From: an uncultured Alphaproteobacteria bacterium
GTDB lineage: Bacteria > Pseudomonadota > Alphaproteobacteria > HIMB59 > GCA-002718135
Length of the DNA stretch: 64,000 bases
Direction: 5' to 3'
Assembly (NCBI GenBank): GCA_902615625.1
Contig: CACMPM010000001.1
Span: forward strand, 169-64,168
The translations under genes were made by a program, and so were the position numbers. Positions 31,878 through 43,035 of the stretch are shown here, in pieces. Each line of letters opens with the position of its first letter. Position 1 is the stretch's first letter. The notes under the pieces were generated by a model, which was not told the DNA's origin, did not search any database, and was given only the letters and a program-made list of their open reading frames with translations.

Positions 31878-33491
31878 ATGCATTTTGTTTTTATTACGGG
31901 TGGAGTAGCATCATCTCTTGGAAAAGGTATAGCCTCAGCATCCCTAGCAACACTATTAAAAAGCAGAAAATTTAAAGTAAGAATTAGAAAGTTAGATCCT
32001 TATTTAAATGTGGATCCAGGAACAATGAGTCCATATCAGCATGGAGAAGTTTATGTAACTGATGATGGTGCAGAAACAGATTTAGATCTTGGTCATTACG
32101 AAAGATTCACAAATCAATCTGCTAAACAATCAGACAGTGTATCGTCAGGTAAGATTTATTCAAATGTTCTTCTAAAAGAAAGAAAAGGAGATTATCTTGG
32201 CTCAACAATTCAGGTAATTCCTCATGTTACCAATGAAATAAAAGCATTTATTAATAGTGATTTAAAAAATGAAGATATTGCTATTTATGAAATTGGAGGC
32301 ACAGTTGGAGATATTGAATCGCTTCCTTTTTTAGAAGCAATAAGACAAATTAGAAATGATAAAAATATTTCGTCAGCATTAATTCATATGACTTATATTC
32401 CGTATTTAAGTTCAGCGGGTGAGTTAAAAACAAAACCTACTCAACATTCAGTTAAAGAACTTCTAAATGCTGGTATTCAACCAGATATTATTATGTGTAG
32501 ATCTGAACAACCAATAGATAAGGATTCAATTTCTAAAATATCTTTATTTTGTAATGTAAAAAAAGAATCTGTAATTCCTGCATTGAATGCTAAATCAATT
32601 TATGAAGTTCCTTCATTGTATTCCAAGTATGGTTTGGATGAAGCACTTCTTAAACAATTAGGCTATAATCCAAAAAATCACAAACTAAATTTAAAGCCTT
32701 GGATTGATCTTCAAAAGAAAATTAAAAAAAGAAAAAATAAAGTAAAAATTGCAGTAGTGGGTAAATACACAAATCTTAAAGATAGTTATAAATCACTAAA
32801 TGAAGCATTGGTACATGGAGGAATAGAAAATTCTGCTGAAGTAATTATTCAATGGATTAATTCTGAAAAAGAAAACAATATCAGTTTAATAAAAAAACTA
32901 AAAGGTTGTGATGGAATTTTAATTCCAGGTGGTTTTGGTATTCGTGGAATTAATGGAAAAATTAATGCCATTAAATTTGCGAGAGAAAACAATATCCCTT
33001 TTTTTGGAATTTGTCTTGGAATGCAATTAGCTGTTATTGAAATAGCACAAAATATACTAAAAATTAAAAACGCTCATTCTTCAGAATTTAAAAAAACTAC
33101 TAAATCAGTTGTAGGTTTAATGACAGAATGGGTAAATAAAAACAAGATTGAAAAAAGAGATAAAAATAGTGATAAAGGTGGAACTATGCGTCTTGGAGCA
33201 TATAAAGCTATTTTGAAAAAAAATTCAAAAATCTTTTCGATATATAAAAATAAAGTAATTAGTGAGAGACACAGACATAGATACGAAGTAAATCAGAAAT
33301 TTCTATCAAAATTTGAAAACAAAGGCTATTATTTTAGTGGTATGTCACCAGATGGATTATTACCTGAAGTGCTTGAGAGTAAAAAACATAAATGGTTTAT
33401 TGGTGTTCAATTTCATCCAGAGTTAAAATCAAGACCATTAGATCCTCATCCTCTTTTTGTATCATTTATAAAGGCTGCAATTAATGATTAA
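31878..33491 (+). CDS. pyrG: CTP synthase
   Basis: FITGGVASSLGKG, GICLGMQ and FHPE motifs. Confidence 0.97.
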   Translation: MHFVFITGGVASSLGKGIASASLATLLKSRKFKVRIRKLDPYLNVDPGTMSPYQHGEVYVTDDGAETDLDLGHYERFTNQSAKQSDSVSSGKIYSNVLLKERKGDYLGSTIQVIPHVTNEIKAFINSDLKNEDIAIYEIGGTVGDIESLPFLEAIRQIRNDKNISSALIHMTYIPYLSSAGELKTKPTQHSVKELLNAGIQPDIIMCRSEQPIDKDSISKISLFCNVKKESVIPALNAKSIYEVPSLYSKYGLDEALLKQLGYNPKNHKLNLKPWIDLQKKIKKRKNKVKIAVVGKYTNLKDSYKSLNEALVHGGIENSAEVIIQWINSEKENNISLIKKLKGCDGILIPGGFGIRGINGKINAIKFARENNIPFFGICLGMQLAVIEIAQNILKIKNAHSSEFKKTTKSVVGLMTEWVNKNKIEKRDKNSDKGGTMRLGAYKAILKKNSKIFSIYKNKVISERHRHRYEVNQKFLSKFENKGYYFSGMSPDGLLPEVLESKKHKWFIGVQFHPELKSRPLDPHPLFVSFIKAAIND

Positions 33492-34314
33492 TATTAATCT
33501 AAAAAATTTTTCTATCTCAAATAATTCTCCTTTTGTTTTAATTGCAGGCCCATGTGTAATTGAAAATGAAAGTCACTCATTGATGATTGCAGAAGAGCTT
33601 AATAAAATATGTGATGAAGTTGGTATTAATTTAATTTATAAATCTAGTTTTGATAAGGCAAATAGATCAAGTATTAATAGTGATAGGGGTATTAAGCTCG
33701 ATGACGCATTAAAAATTTTTGAAAAAATTAAAACTAATTTTAATTTACCAATAATAACCGATGTCCATAATGAGGATCAATGTAATCAATTAAATCAAGA
33801 TAGTATTATCGACATTATTCAAATCCCTGCGTTTTTATGTCGTCAAACAGATTTATTACTAGCTGCAGGTAGTACAAATAAAATTATAAATGTTAAAAAA
33901 GGTCAATTTTTATCACCAACTGATGTAAAAAATATTTTTACAAAGATAGAAACTACAAATAATAAAAACATAATGATAACTGAAAGAGGAACAACTTTTG
34001 GTTACAATACTCTTGTGAACGATTTTAAAGGTATAGATATTATGAAAAAATATGAGTATCCAATAATTTTTGATGCAACTCATTCTGTCCAGCAACCAGG
34101 AGGACTGGGTGATAAAAGTGGTGGTCAAAGAGATCATATTCCTTCATTATGTAAAGCTGCCATATCTATTGGTGTAGCTGGTTTATTTTTAGAAACACAT
34201 AATGATCCGGATAACGCTCCTAGTGATGGACCAAATATGATTAATATTAAAGAGTTAAAAAATTTATTAATTCAACTTAAACAATTTGATGATATAGCGA
34301 AAAATAATGCCTAA
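33484..34314 (+). CDS. kdsA: 3-deoxy-8-phosphooctulonate synthase
   Basis: 276 aa with [24 protein letters not shown] and DATHSVQ motifs. Confidence 0.95.
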   Translation: MININLKNFSISNNSPFVLIAGPCVIENESHSLMIAEELNKICDEVGINLIYKSSFDKANRSSINSDRGIKLDDALKIFEKIKTNFNLPIITDVHNEDQCNQLNQDSIIDIIQIPAFLCRQTDLLLAAGSTNKIINVKKGQFLSPTDVKNIFTKIETTNNKNIMITERGTTFGYNTLVNDFKGIDIMKKYEYPIIFDATHSVQQPGGLGDKSGGQRDHIPSLCKAAISIGVAGLFLETHNDPDNAPSDGPNMINIKELKNLLIQLKQFDDIAKNNA

Positions 34315-35587
34315 AATAACAAAATTAAAAGCAAGACAAATAATAGATAGCAGGGGAAATCCTACTGTTGAATGCGATATAGAGTTTGAAAATTCTACCT
34401 TCGGCAGAGCTGCGGTTCCAAGTGGAGCATCTACTGGAGTGCATGAAGCTTTAGAATTACGAGATAATGATAAATCCAAATATAAAGGTAAGGGAGTTTT
34501 AAAAGCAGTAGGTAATATCAATGATACAATTTCTAATGAACTAGTTGGAAAATCATTTGAAGATATTTCTTCTTTTGATGATTTTTTATTACAACTCGAT
34601 GGTACGGAAAATAAATCTAACTTAGGTGCGAATGCAACCCTTGCCGCAAGTTTAGCTTTTGCAAAATGTTTAGCTTCTTCTGAAGGTCATGAATTGTATT
34701 CTTTTCTTGGTAAAGAACATACAATGAGTCTTCCAGTTCCAATGATGAACATTGTTAATGGTGGATCTCATGCAGATAACGATGTTGATATTCAAGAATT
34801 TATGGTTGCTCCAATTGGTGCAAATAATTTTTCAGAAGCACTTCAATATGGTTGTGAAATATTTCATTCATTAAAGTCACTTTTAAAATCAAAAGGTTTA
34901 AACACAAATGTTGGTGATGAAGGTGGATTTGCCCCCAACATAAATAGTTCTAGCGAAGTCATAGAAACTGTTTTGAAATCAGTGGAGGATGCAGGTTTTA
35001 AACCTGGTAAAGATATTTTTCTTTCACTTGATGTTGCATCAACTGAATTTTACAAAAATAATAAATATGATTTACAAGGAGAAAAAATTGTTTTGTCTTC
35101 TGATGAAATGATAAAATATTTAGAGAAATTGGTAAATGCTTATCCCATTTATTCTATTGAAGATGGAATGTCAGAGGATGATTGGGATGGTTGGTCTAAT
35201 TTAACATCAACAATAGGAAAAAAAGTTCAGTTAGTTGGTGATGATTTATTTGTTACAAATAAAAAAAGATTGCAAAAAGGTATTGCAGAGAGTGCGGGAA
35301 ATTCTATTTTAGTTAAAGTAAATCAAATAGGAACTCTAAAAGAAACTTTGGAGTCGATTAAATTAGCAAAAGAAAATAATTTCACTACTATTATTTCACA
35401 TCGTTCTGGTGAGACTGAAGATACGACGATTGCTGATTTATCAGTTGGTGTTTCAGCAGGTCAAATTAAAACAGGATCATTATCTAGAACAGATAGAACA
35501 GCAAAATATAATCAATTGTTAAGAATTGAAGAAGCATTACAAGGTAAAGCAAATTATGCTGGATCTTCTATCTTAAATAATAATTGA
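34307..35587 (+). CDS. eno: Enolase
   Basis: SHRSGETED and IKVNQIGT-like (LVKVNQIGT) motifs. Confidence 0.97.
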   Translation: MPKITKLKARQIIDSRGNPTVECDIEFENSTFGRAAVPSGASTGVHEALELRDNDKSKYKGKGVLKAVGNINDTISNELVGKSFEDISSFDDFLLQLDGTENKSNLGANATLAASLAFAKCLASSEGHELYSFLGKEHTMSLPVPMMNIVNGGSHADNDVDIQEFMVAPIGANNFSEALQYGCEIFHSLKSLLKSKGLNTNVGDEGGFAPNINSSSEVIETVLKSVEDAGFKPGKDIFLSLDVASTEFYKNNKYDLQGEKIVLSSDEMIKYLEKLVNAYPIYSIEDGMSEDDWDGWSNLTSTIGKKVQLVGDDLFVTNKKRLQKGIAESAGNSILVKVNQIGTLKETLESIKLAKENNFTTIISHRSGETEDTTIADLSVGVSAGQIKTGSLSRTDRTAKYNQLLRIEEALQGKANYAGSSILNNN

Positions 35588-35622
35588 CAGTCTCGATCTT
35601 AAATATGCTATTTATATAGAAT

Positions 35623-35934
35623 ATGAACAAATCACTAGTTTTAAAAAATAAATTTTATTTTTATCTGTCCTTTATGTTTACTTTTTTTCTATTTGTTTAT
35701 CTTCTTTATTTTCTTGTAAATGGTGAGAGGGGATTACTGAAATATTTCAGTCTTAAAAATCTTAATGCTCAATACAATACACAATATATGTCTTTAAAAA
35801 AGGAAAATGAATTTTACCTAGATAGAATTAAAAGATTACAACCAAATACTATAGATTTGGACTATTTAGATGAGACATTTAGGAAGGTTACAGGATTTAC
35901 TTCAGAAAACGAAACAGTTATAATTATAGAATAA
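35623..35934 (+). CDS. ftsB: Septum formation initiator (FtsB/DivIC family)
   Basis: 103 aa with one TM followed by a coiled coil. It sits in the conserved position between eno and pdhA. Confidence 0.7.
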   Translation: MNKSLVLKNKFYFYLSFMFTFFLFVYLLYFLVNGERGLLKYFSLKNLNAQYNTQYMSLKKENEFYLDRIKRLQPNTIDLDYLDETFRKVTGFTSENETVIIIE

Positions 35935-35943
35935 TTGATTTAT

Positions 35944-35970
35944 TTGACAAAAAATCACCCTAATTATAAT
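35944..35970 (+). promoter_or_regulatory. Candidate sigma-70 promoter for the pdh operon
   Basis: TTGACA (35944-35949), a 15-nt spacer, then TATAAT (35965-35970), ending 13 nt before the pdhA ATG. The spacer is short, and AT-rich DNA gives chance -10 matches. Confidence 0.25.
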
Positions 35971-35983
35971 TAAAGATTATCAT

Positions 35984-36946
35984 ATGAAGAAACTTCAAAA
36001 AGCAGATTACATTAAAATGTATTCATTTATGCTCAAAATAAGAAGATTTGAGGAAAGAGCAGCTCAACTTTATGGAATGGGTAAAATAGGTGGTTTTTGC
36101 CATTTGTATATCGGCCAAGAAGCAGTTGTTGTTGGTGTATTAATGACAATTGATAAGAATGATTCAGTTGTAACAACTTACAGAGATCATGGCCATATGA
36201 TCGCTAGGGGGTTAGATCCAAAACGTATTATGGCAGAGTTGACTGGTAGAGAAGATGGCTATTCTGCTGGTAAGGGCGGTTCAATGCATATGTTTTCAAA
36301 AGAAAATAATTTTTACGGAGGGCATGGTATTGTAGGAGCTCAAGTACCAATTGGAACTGGAATAGCATTCACGCATAAATATAATGGAGAAAAAAATATA
36401 TGCAGAACATATATTGGTGATGGAGCGATGAACAATGGACAAGTTTTTGAAGCTTTTAATCTAGCTTCTTTATGGAAGCTCCCTGTTTTATACATTATTG
36501 AAAACAACAAATATGGAATGGGCACATCTGTAGATAGAGCGGCGGCTGGATTAGACTTATATAAGAGAGGAGAGGCATTTGGTATTCCTGGTGAGAAGGT
36601 AGATGGGATGAATGTGTTCTCTGTTATAGAAGCAGCAGATAAAGCAGGTAAGTATGTCAGAGAAGGGAATGGGCCTTATATTATTGAAGTACAAACATAT
36701 CGATATAGAGGACATTCAATGTCAGATCCTGCAAAATATAGAACAAAAGAAGAATTAGATAACTATAAGCAAACTGATCCTATTGAAATAGTTAAAGCAG
36801 AAATGTTAAAGAAAAAATTTGCAACTAATGATGAAATTGAAAAAATTAATAAAGATACTTTAGAAGAAATAAAAAATGCAGCTGAGTTTGCAATCAATAG
36901 TCCTTTTCCAAAGGATAGTGAACTTTATACGGACGTTTATTTATAA
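35984..36946 (+). CDS. pdhA: Pyruvate dehydrogenase E1 alpha subunit
   Basis: YRYRGHSMSDP phospho-loop region and GDGAMNNG (ThDP motif). Confidence 0.95.
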   Translation: MKKLQKADYIKMYSFMLKIRRFEERAAQLYGMGKIGGFCHLYIGQEAVVVGVLMTIDKNDSVVTTYRDHGHMIARGLDPKRIMAELTGREDGYSAGKGGSMHMFSKENNFYGGHGIVGAQVPIGTGIAFTHKYNGEKNICRTYIGDGAMNNGQVFEAFNLASLWKLPVLYIIENNKYGMGTSVDRAAAGLDLYKRGEAFGIPGEKVDGMNVFSVIEAADKAGKYVREGNGPYIIEVQTYRYRGHSMSDPAKYRTKEELDNYKQTDPIEIVKAEMLKKKFATNDEIEKINKDTLEEIKNAAEFAINSPFPKDSELYTDVYL

Positions 36947-36949
36947 ATT

Positions 36950-38329
36950 ATGAGCACAGAAATTTTAATGCCTGCATTATCTCCAACAATGACAGAAGGA
37001 AATCTGTCTAAGTGGTTAATTAAAAAAGGAGATACTGTTAAAGCTGGTGATTTGATTGCTGAAATTGAAACTGATAAAGCAACAATGGAAGTAGAGGCGG
37101 TAGATGAAGGTGTTGTTCTTGATCTTTTATTTAAAGAAGGAGAAGCTAATATTCCAGTAAATAAAGCTATAGCGATTATTGGCGATCCAAATGAAAAAGT
37201 TGAAGTAAAAAAAGAAGCTCCCATTGAAAAAGTGATTGAAGAAAAGAAAATTGAAAAAAATATTGAGACAAAAATTGAGAATAAGAAAGCTGATATAATC
37301 GATACACCATCACCTAAAATAGAAGAAGATAGAAATTTAAGTTCAGTAGAAATTACTATGCGTCAAGCGCTTAGAGATACAATGGCCGAAGAAATGAGAA
37401 AGGATAATAAAGTTTTCATACTTGGAGAGGAAGTTGCCGAGTATCAAGGTGCGTATAAAGTAACACAAGGTCTTCTAGAAGAATTTGGTAAGGAAAGAGT
37501 ATTAGATACTCCTATTTCTGAACATGGATTTACTGGATTAGCAGTTGGAGCAGCATTTAAGGGATTGAGACCAATCTTAGAATTCATGACTTTTAATTTT
37601 TCTATGCAAGCAATTGATCAAATTATAAATTCAGCTGCAAAAACACTTTACATGTCTGGAGGACAAATTAATTGCCCTATTGTTTTCAGAGGACCTAATG
37701 GTGCTGCGGCCCAAGTTGCTGCACAACATAGTCAGGATTTTTCTTCCTGGTATTCTCAAGTGCCAGGTTTAAAAGTTATTGCGCCATCTACTCCTTATAA
37801 CGCAAAAGGTTTGTTAAGATCTGCAATATCAGATCCAAATCCCGTAATTTTTCTAGAAAATGAAATTCTTTATGGATTAAAAGGTCCCGTTAATAATGAT
37901 GTTAACTTCTCAATACCAATTGGAAAAGCAAATATAGAAAAAGAAGGAAAAGATTTAACGATTGTAACGTATTCAATAATGTTGCAGAAATCAAAAGAAG
38001 CGGCATTAAGATTAAAAGAGGAATACAATTTAGATATAGAAATTATTGATTTACAAACTTTACGACCTTTGGATACGGAAACAATTTTAAATTCAGTTAA
38101 AAAAACTAATAGACTAATTACTGTCGAAGAGTCCTGGCCATTTGGTAGTGTTGGTTCTGAAATTTCAAATATTGTTCAAAGGGATGCATTTGATTATTTA
38201 GATTCACCAGTGATAAAAGTTAATAGTGCGGATGTTCCAATGCCATACGCATTGAGCTTAGAAAAATTATATCTTCCTCAAGTTGATGATATTATAAATG
38301 CTGCAAAAAAAGTAAGTTATATAAAATAA
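36950..38329 (+). CDS. pdhB: Pyruvate dehydrogenase E1 beta subunit with an N-terminal lipoyl domain
   Basis: A lipoyl domain ([11 protein letters not shown]), a charged linker, then a transketolase-like E1 beta core. Confidence 0.95.
   Translation: MSTEILMPALSPTMTEGNLSKWLIKKGDTVKAGDLIAEIETDKATMEVEAVDEGVVLDLLFKEGEANIPVNKAIAIIGDPNEKVEVKKEAPIEKVIEEKKIEKNIETKIENKKADIIDTPSPKIEEDRNLSSVEITMRQALRDTMAEEMRKDNKVFILGEEVAEYQGAYKVTQGLLEEFGKERVLDTPISEHGFTGLAVGAAFKGLRPILEFMTFNFSMQAIDQIINSAAKTLYMSGGQINCPIVFRGPNGAAAQVAAQHSQDFSSWYSQVPGLKVIAPSTPYNAKGLLRSAISDPNPVIFLENEILYGLKGPVNNDVNFSIPIGKANIEKEGKDLTIVTYSIMLQKSKEAALRLKEEYNLDIEIIDLQTLRPLDTETILNSVKKTNRLITVEESWPFGSVGSEISNIVQRDAFDYLDSPVIKVNSADVPMPYALSLEKLYLPQVDDIINAAKKVSYIK
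36965..37111 (+). repeat. Lipoyl-domain DNA repeat, copy 1 (in pdhB)
   Basis: By hand alignment, 114 of 147 nt match the segment at 38345-38491. That includes a 38-nt run with one mismatch (gctgaaattgaaacNgataaagcaacaatggaagt). Confidence 0.8.
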
Positions 38330-39559
38330 ATGGCCATTAAAGTTTTAATGCCTGCATTATCACCCACAATGTCAGAGGGTGTAATTAATAAGTGGTTAGT
38401 TAATGTCGGTGATACTGTTTCAGCTGGAGATATATTAGCTGAAATTGAAACAGATAAAGCAACAATGGAAGTTGAAGCAGTTGATGAGGGAGAAATTACA
38501 CATTTAATTGATACAACACTAGATAAACAAATTGCTGTTAACTCTGTCATTGCTCTAATCAATGGTAGCAAAGATGAAAGATTAGAAGATTATAATGATA
38601 AAGGTCAAACTGTAAGCAGTGAAGAAAAAAATGAAGTTTCAGAAACACCTAAATTAAATACTGAAGTAGATAACAGTCAAATAATAGAAAGAATTAAAGA
38701 TTCAAACACTAAACAAAAAACTAATTTTGCTTCACCGTTTGTTAAAAAATTTTCGAAAGATAACAATATTGATCTAACTCTTATTAAAGGGTCTGGACCT
38801 GATGGTAGGATAATAAAAAAAGATATTCAAAATTTTGAACTTCATACTAATGATGAAAATATATCTGTAATTGAGCCTTCTAGTATTAGAAAAATAATTG
38901 CTGAAAGAACAACACAAACAAAAAATGAGGTTCCACATTTTTATCTTACTATTGAAACAAGAATGGATAAGCTAATAAATTTAAGAAAAAAAATAAACTC
39001 AAATAGTAATATCAAAATCTCGTTTAATGACCTTATTGTTAAAGCATGTGCAATGGCAATAGCGAAAAATCCAGAAACAAATATTTCTTGGGTGAATGGT
39101 AAAATTCACCAATATAAAAATATCGATATTGCTATAGCGGTAGCTTTAAAAGAAGGATTGATTACACCTATTGTTAAAGAAGCCGATACAAAAGGATTAG
39201 CTGAAATCTCAACAGAAATTAAATCATTAGTAAAAAAAGCTAATCAAAATAAATTATTACCAGAAGAATATAGTGGAGGATCTATAACTATCTCAAACCT
39301 AGGCATGTTTGGAATCACAGAATTTCAAGCAATTATTAATCCGCCACAATCAAGTATTATTGCAATTGGATCTATAATTGAAAAACCTGTTGTGAACTCT
39401 GGCAGTATTGAAATAGGGCATACAATGAAATCTACTATTTCAGCAGATCATAGATCATTAGATGGTGCCGTTGCGGCAAAATTACTCAAAGATTTTAGCG
39501 ATATTTTGGAAGATCCCTTCCAAATATGGTTGAATAGCATGGATATGGAAGTTATTTAA
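38330..39559 (+). CDS. pdhC: Dihydrolipoamide acetyltransferase (PDH E2)
   Basis: A lipoyl domain, an E3-binding domain ([13 protein letters not shown]), and the catalytic DHRSLDGA motif. Confidence 0.93.
   Translation: MAIKVLMPALSPTMSEGVINKWLVNVGDTVSAGDILAEIETDKATMEVEAVDEGEITHLIDTTLDKQIAVNSVIALINGSKDERLEDYNDKGQTVSSEEKNEVSETPKLNTEVDNSQIIERIKDSNTKQKTNFASPFVKKFSKDNNIDLTLIKGSGPDGRIIKKDIQNFELHTNDENISVIEPSSIRKIIAERTTQTKNEVPHFYLTIETRMDKLINLRKKINSNSNIKISFNDLIVKACAMAIAKNPETNISWVNGKIHQYKNIDIAIAVALKEGLITPIVKEADTKGLAEISTEIKSLVKKANQNKLLPEEYSGGSITISNLGMFGITEFQAIINPPQSSIIAIGSIIEKPVVNSGSIEIGHTMKSTISADHRSLDGAVAAKLLKDFSDILEDPFQIWLNSMDMEVI
38345..38491 (+). repeat. Lipoyl-domain DNA repeat, copy 2 (in pdhC)
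   Basis: Partner of 36965-37111, about 78% nt identity by hand count. Confidence 0.8.
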
Positions 39560-39564
39560 CCTGC

Positions 39565-40500
39565 ATGAGTGGACCACGTCATCCTGAAAAGGTTAAAAAC
39601 AAATCAAATCCAATTCCTAAAAAACCAAGTTGGATTAGAGTAAAAGCACCAACTTCAAAATTTTTCAAAGAAACAAATAAACTTTTAAAAGATAAAAAAA
39701 TTATAACTGTATGTGAAGAAGCTGCATGTCCAAATATAGCTGAATGTTGGCAAAAAAAACATGCAACATTTATGATACTCGGAGATATATGTACTAGAGC
39801 TTGCGCATTTTGTAATATTAAAACTGGCAAACCTCATTATATTGACCACGGTGAAGCTATAAGAATTGCTGAGTCAGTTAAGCAATTGAATTTAGAACAT
39901 GTTGTAATAACAAGTGTTGACAGAGACGATCTAATAGATGGTGGAGCACTACATTTTATCAACGTAATAGATTCAATTAAATCTTTAAATCCAAGTTGCA
40001 CAATTGAAATTTTAACTCCTGACTTTAAAAATAAACCTGAAGCTATAGATATTTTATCAAAAAATTTACCTGACGTCTTCAATCATAACTTAGAAACAGT
40101 GCCAAGATTATATCCATCAATTCGTCCGGGCTCACGTTACTTTGTAAGTTTAAATTTACTTAGTCAAATTAAAGAAAAAAATCCAAGTATATTTACAAAA
40201 TCAGGTCTAATGGTTGGTTTAGGTGAAACTAAAGAAGAAGTATATCAGGTAATGGATGATTTAAGAGCAGCTAATGTTGATTTTATTACAATAGGGCAAT
40301 ACTTACCTCCAACAGCTAAACACGCTAAGCTAGAAAAATTTATTACTCCTCAAGAATTTGATGAATATAAAAAAATGGCATACGCAAAAGGTTTTCTAAT
40401 GGTGGCATCATCACCGTTAACTCGTTCAAGTTATCATGCTTCTGATGATTTTAAAATCATGCAAGAAAATAGGAAAAATAAACTTTATTCAATTCAATGA
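39565..40500 (+). CDS. lipA: Lipoyl synthase
   Basis: [13 protein letters not shown] and radical-SAM [10 protein letters not shown] cysteine clusters. Confidence 0.97.
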   Translation: MSGPRHPEKVKNKSNPIPKKPSWIRVKAPTSKFFKETNKLLKDKKIITVCEEAACPNIAECWQKKHATFMILGDICTRACAFCNIKTGKPHYIDHGEAIRIAESVKQLNLEHVVITSVDRDDLIDGGALHFINVIDSIKSLNPSCTIEILTPDFKNKPEAIDILSKNLPDVFNHNLETVPRLYPSIRPGSRYFVSLNLLSQIKEKNPSIFTKSGLMVGLGETKEEVYQVMDDLRAANVDFITIGQYLPPTAKHAKLEKFITPQEFDEYKKMAYAKGFLMVASSPLTRSSYHASDDFKIMQENRKNKLYSIQ

Positions 40501-40934
40501 AATCTTCAAATAGAGAGGAAATAGTCGATCACGACGCAAAAGGACTTTTTGATATTGTTTTAGATATTGAAAGTTATCCATATTTTATTCCTTGGTGTTC
40601 AGCAATGAGAATTCATTCAAAAAATAAAAATGAAATATATGCTGATATGGTCGTATGGTATAAATATTTTATGCCCCAAACTTTTGGTTCTCACGTCACT
40701 TTTGATAAAAAAAAACTTTCAATAAGTACAACTTATATTGAAGGACCTTTAAAAGACCTTAAAACTAATTGGATTTTTGAATCATTAAAAAAAAATCAAA
40801 CAAGAATTCATTTTAATGTTGAATTTGAATTTAAACAATTTTTTCACCAAAAAATTGCTGAAGCCTTTTTTCCTTTAATTGAAAACAAAATGATTGAATC
40901 ATTTAAAGTTCGTGCTGATGAAATTTTAGATTAA
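40497..40934 (+). CDS. SRPBCC/START-fold protein of the RatA / COQ10 family
   Basis: 145 aa with the YPYFIPWC motif. Linkage to lipA is common in alphaproteobacteria. Confidence 0.75.
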   Translation: MKSSNREEIVDHDAKGLFDIVLDIESYPYFIPWCSAMRIHSKNKNEIYADMVVWYKYFMPQTFGSHVTFDKKKLSISTTYIEGPLKDLKTNWIFESLKKNQTRIHFNVEFEFKQFFHQKIAEAFFPLIENKMIESFKVRADEILD

Positions 40935-41390
40935 TTGATTAATTTTGCTAAATATAAAATCTCTAGTTTTTCTCTGTATGTCCAATCGTTTCCCTTTGTA
41001 TATTTTCTTGAAAATATAATTACTTTTATTAACTTTAATTCCAATATACACTAATCCTACTGGCTTTAACTTTGTCCCACCATTTGGACCTGCTATACCA
41101 GTTGTAGAAATACAAATTTTTGTTTTTTCATTTTTATACAGACCATTTATCATGTCCTCAGCTACTTCTTTACTTACAGCTCCAAATTTAGAGAGATTAC
41201 TTTTTGAAACAGATAAATATTTAGATTTAGCTTTATTTGAATAACTAATAATCCCGTAAGAGAAAATTTTTGAAACTCCACTATATTTTGAGATAGTGTT
41301 TGCTATTAACCCACCTGTGCATGACTCAGCAACTGAAATTGAGATATTTTTTTTTATTAATTTATCTATAACTTTTTTAATAATAGGCAT
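40926..41390 (-). CDS. CinA C-terminal domain protein (nicotinamide-nucleotide amidohydrolase PncC-like)
   Basis: 154 aa with AESCTGGL and TGIAGP motifs. Confidence 0.8.
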   Translation of the reverse strand: MPIIKKVIDKLIKKNISISVAESCTGGLIANTISKYSGVSKIFSYGIISYSNKAKSKYLSVSKSNLSKFGAVSKEVAEDMINGLYKNEKTKICISTTGIAGPNGGTKLKPVGLVYIGIKVNKSNYIFKKIYKGKRLDIQRKTRDFIFSKINQLI

Positions 41391-41853
41391 TTACAATATA
41401 AAGAATTATTATTGTATATATTCCTGCTATTAAATCATCAAGAATTACACCAAAAGCTGATTTAAGTTTCCTGTCTACTATGTTAGCTGGAAAAATTTTT
41501 AATATATCAAAAAATCGAAATAAAATAAAAATTAGCGCTATTGTTACATAAGGATTTATTATTTTAATTTGATCATAAAATATTAAAATTAAGTATACTC
41601 CTATGAATTCATCAATAACTATTACTTTTGAGTCATGTGATTGGTTGTGTGAAGAGAATTTATTAATAAAAAATAAAGATAGTAAAAAGATTACAAAAAA
41701 AATAACTACAAATATTTCTAAAGAAATAATTTTGTATTCAACAATAGGAAATAAAATTACTATTGATAAAAAAGATGCAAAGGTTCCTGATGGTATTAAT
41801 TTAATATATCCAGCAAAAGATAAAGATACAAAAAAATTAGCTAATTTTACCAT
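41377..41853 (-). CDS. pgpA: Phosphatidylglycerophosphatase A
   Basis: 158 aa membrane protein with PSGTFAS, VIDEFIG, RFFDILK and DDLIAG motifs. Confidence 0.8.
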   Translation of the reverse strand: MVKLANFFVSLSFAGYIKLIPSGTFASFLSIVILFPIVEYKIISLEIFVVIFFVIFLLSLFFINKFSSHNQSHDSKVIVIDEFIGVYLILIFYDQIKIINPYVTIALIFILFRFFDILKIFPANIVDRKLKSAFGVILDDLIAGIYTIIILYIVNAYY

Positions 41854-42976
41854 CTGTTATATGCACTATTGACTCGGCTGCAATTCCTTCGCCATTACCA
41901 ATAAAACCAATTTTTTCATTTGTAGTTGCTTTAATAGACACAGAGCTATTTTTAATTTGAAGTAATGTTGAAATATTTTTAATCATTTTTGAAACATATT
42001 TATTAATTTTAGGTTTTTCAGTTATTATATTTATATCTAGATTGATTACAGAATAACCTTTTTCTTTAAGCTTATTTCTGCAATAAATAATGAACTTAGA
42101 TGAATCTGCATTTTTCCATTTTTTATCTGTGTTTGGAAAGTGATAACCTATGTCTCTCATAGATAACGCTCCAAAAATACTATCACAAATTGCATGCAGT
42201 ACAACGTCCGCATCAGAATGACCAATTAACTTAGAGAACGGAATTTTAACACCCCCTAATTTTAATCCATTTTTGGTTTTTTTATCAATTTGATGAATAT
42301 CATAACCAATACCATATTTTGTTATGGGCTTTCTGTATAAATTAAATAATTGAATATCTTCTGGGTATGTAATTTTAATATTATTTTTTTCACCTTTGAT
42401 CAAATTTGTTTTTATTTTTGATTTTTGTAATAGCCCTGCATCATCATTAAATTCAATATTTTTATATTTGATATGTTCTTTTAATATTAAATTATAATTA
42501 AAACCCTGGGGTGTTTGTACGTTAATTGTTTTTGTTTCCAATTTACTTTTCTTTATTAGTTGTCTGTCATTATATTCAACATATGGAATTGCATTAGTAT
42601 TTTTGCCTAATTTGGATATAATTCTTTTAATTAATTTATTACTACATAATGGACGCGCAGCATCATGTATTAATACATTTTTAATTTTAAATTTTTTTAA
42701 ATTTTTTAAAGCATTAAAAGATGAAATTTGTCTTGTAAGCCCAGGTTTTGAATAGGTAATTTTTATTTTCTCAGAAACAGCCTTATGATTAAAGTAAGTG
42801 TTTTGATATTTTTTATCTATTGAAATATTAATAATATCGAAGTTTGATAAATCTAAATTTGAAATAAAATAATTTAAAAAATTTGTATTCCCAATTTTTA
42901 AGAATTGTTTTGGAATTTTTTGACCAAATCTCTTTCCTTTTCCACCAGCTAGAATTACAAGTGCATTTTTCATCAT
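41837..42976 (-). CDS. ispDF: Bifunctional IspD/IspF (MEP cytidylyltransferase / MEcPP synthase)
   Basis: ILAGGKGKRFG (IspD) at the N-terminus; GIGYDIHQ and HSDADVVLHAICD (IspF) at the C-terminus. Confidence 0.93.
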   Translation of the reverse strand: MMKNALVILAGGKGKRFGQKIPKQFLKIGNTNFLNYFISNLDLSNFDIINISIDKKYQNTYFNHKAVSEKIKITYSKPGLTRQISSFNALKNLKKFKIKNVLIHDAARPLCSNKLIKRIISKLGKNTNAIPYVEYNDRQLIKKSKLETKTINVQTPQGFNYNLILKEHIKYKNIEFNDDAGLLQKSKIKTNLIKGEKNNIKITYPEDIQLFNLYRKPITKYGIGYDIHQIDKKTKNGLKLGGVKIPFSKLIGHSDADVVLHAICDSIFGALSMRDIGYHFPNTDKKWKNADSSKFIIYCRNKLKEKGYSVINLDINIITEKPKINKYVSKMIKNISTLLQIKNSSVSIKATTNEKIGFIGNGEGIAAESIVHITDGKIS

Positions 42977-43035
42977 TTTAATTTATATACTATACTGTTT
43001 TACTATCATTATTTAAAAACTAACTAAAGTATACA

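Noticed and set aside
36937-37224. A 95-aa antisense ORF here is similar to another antisense ORF at 38317-38571, so the two look like a paralogous pair.
   Set aside because: Both are mirror images of the two lipoyl-domain coding repeats in pdhB and pdhC. Their similarity is fully explained by the sense-strand repeat, and each lies entirely within a confidently called gene.
40497-40934. The RatA-like SRPBCC protein could be a ribosome-association toxin of a toxin-antitoxin pair.
   Set aside because: There is no small RatB-like partner next to it. The gene sits in the conserved lipA-linked position typical of the COQ10/START-like housekeeping homologue in alphaproteobacteria.
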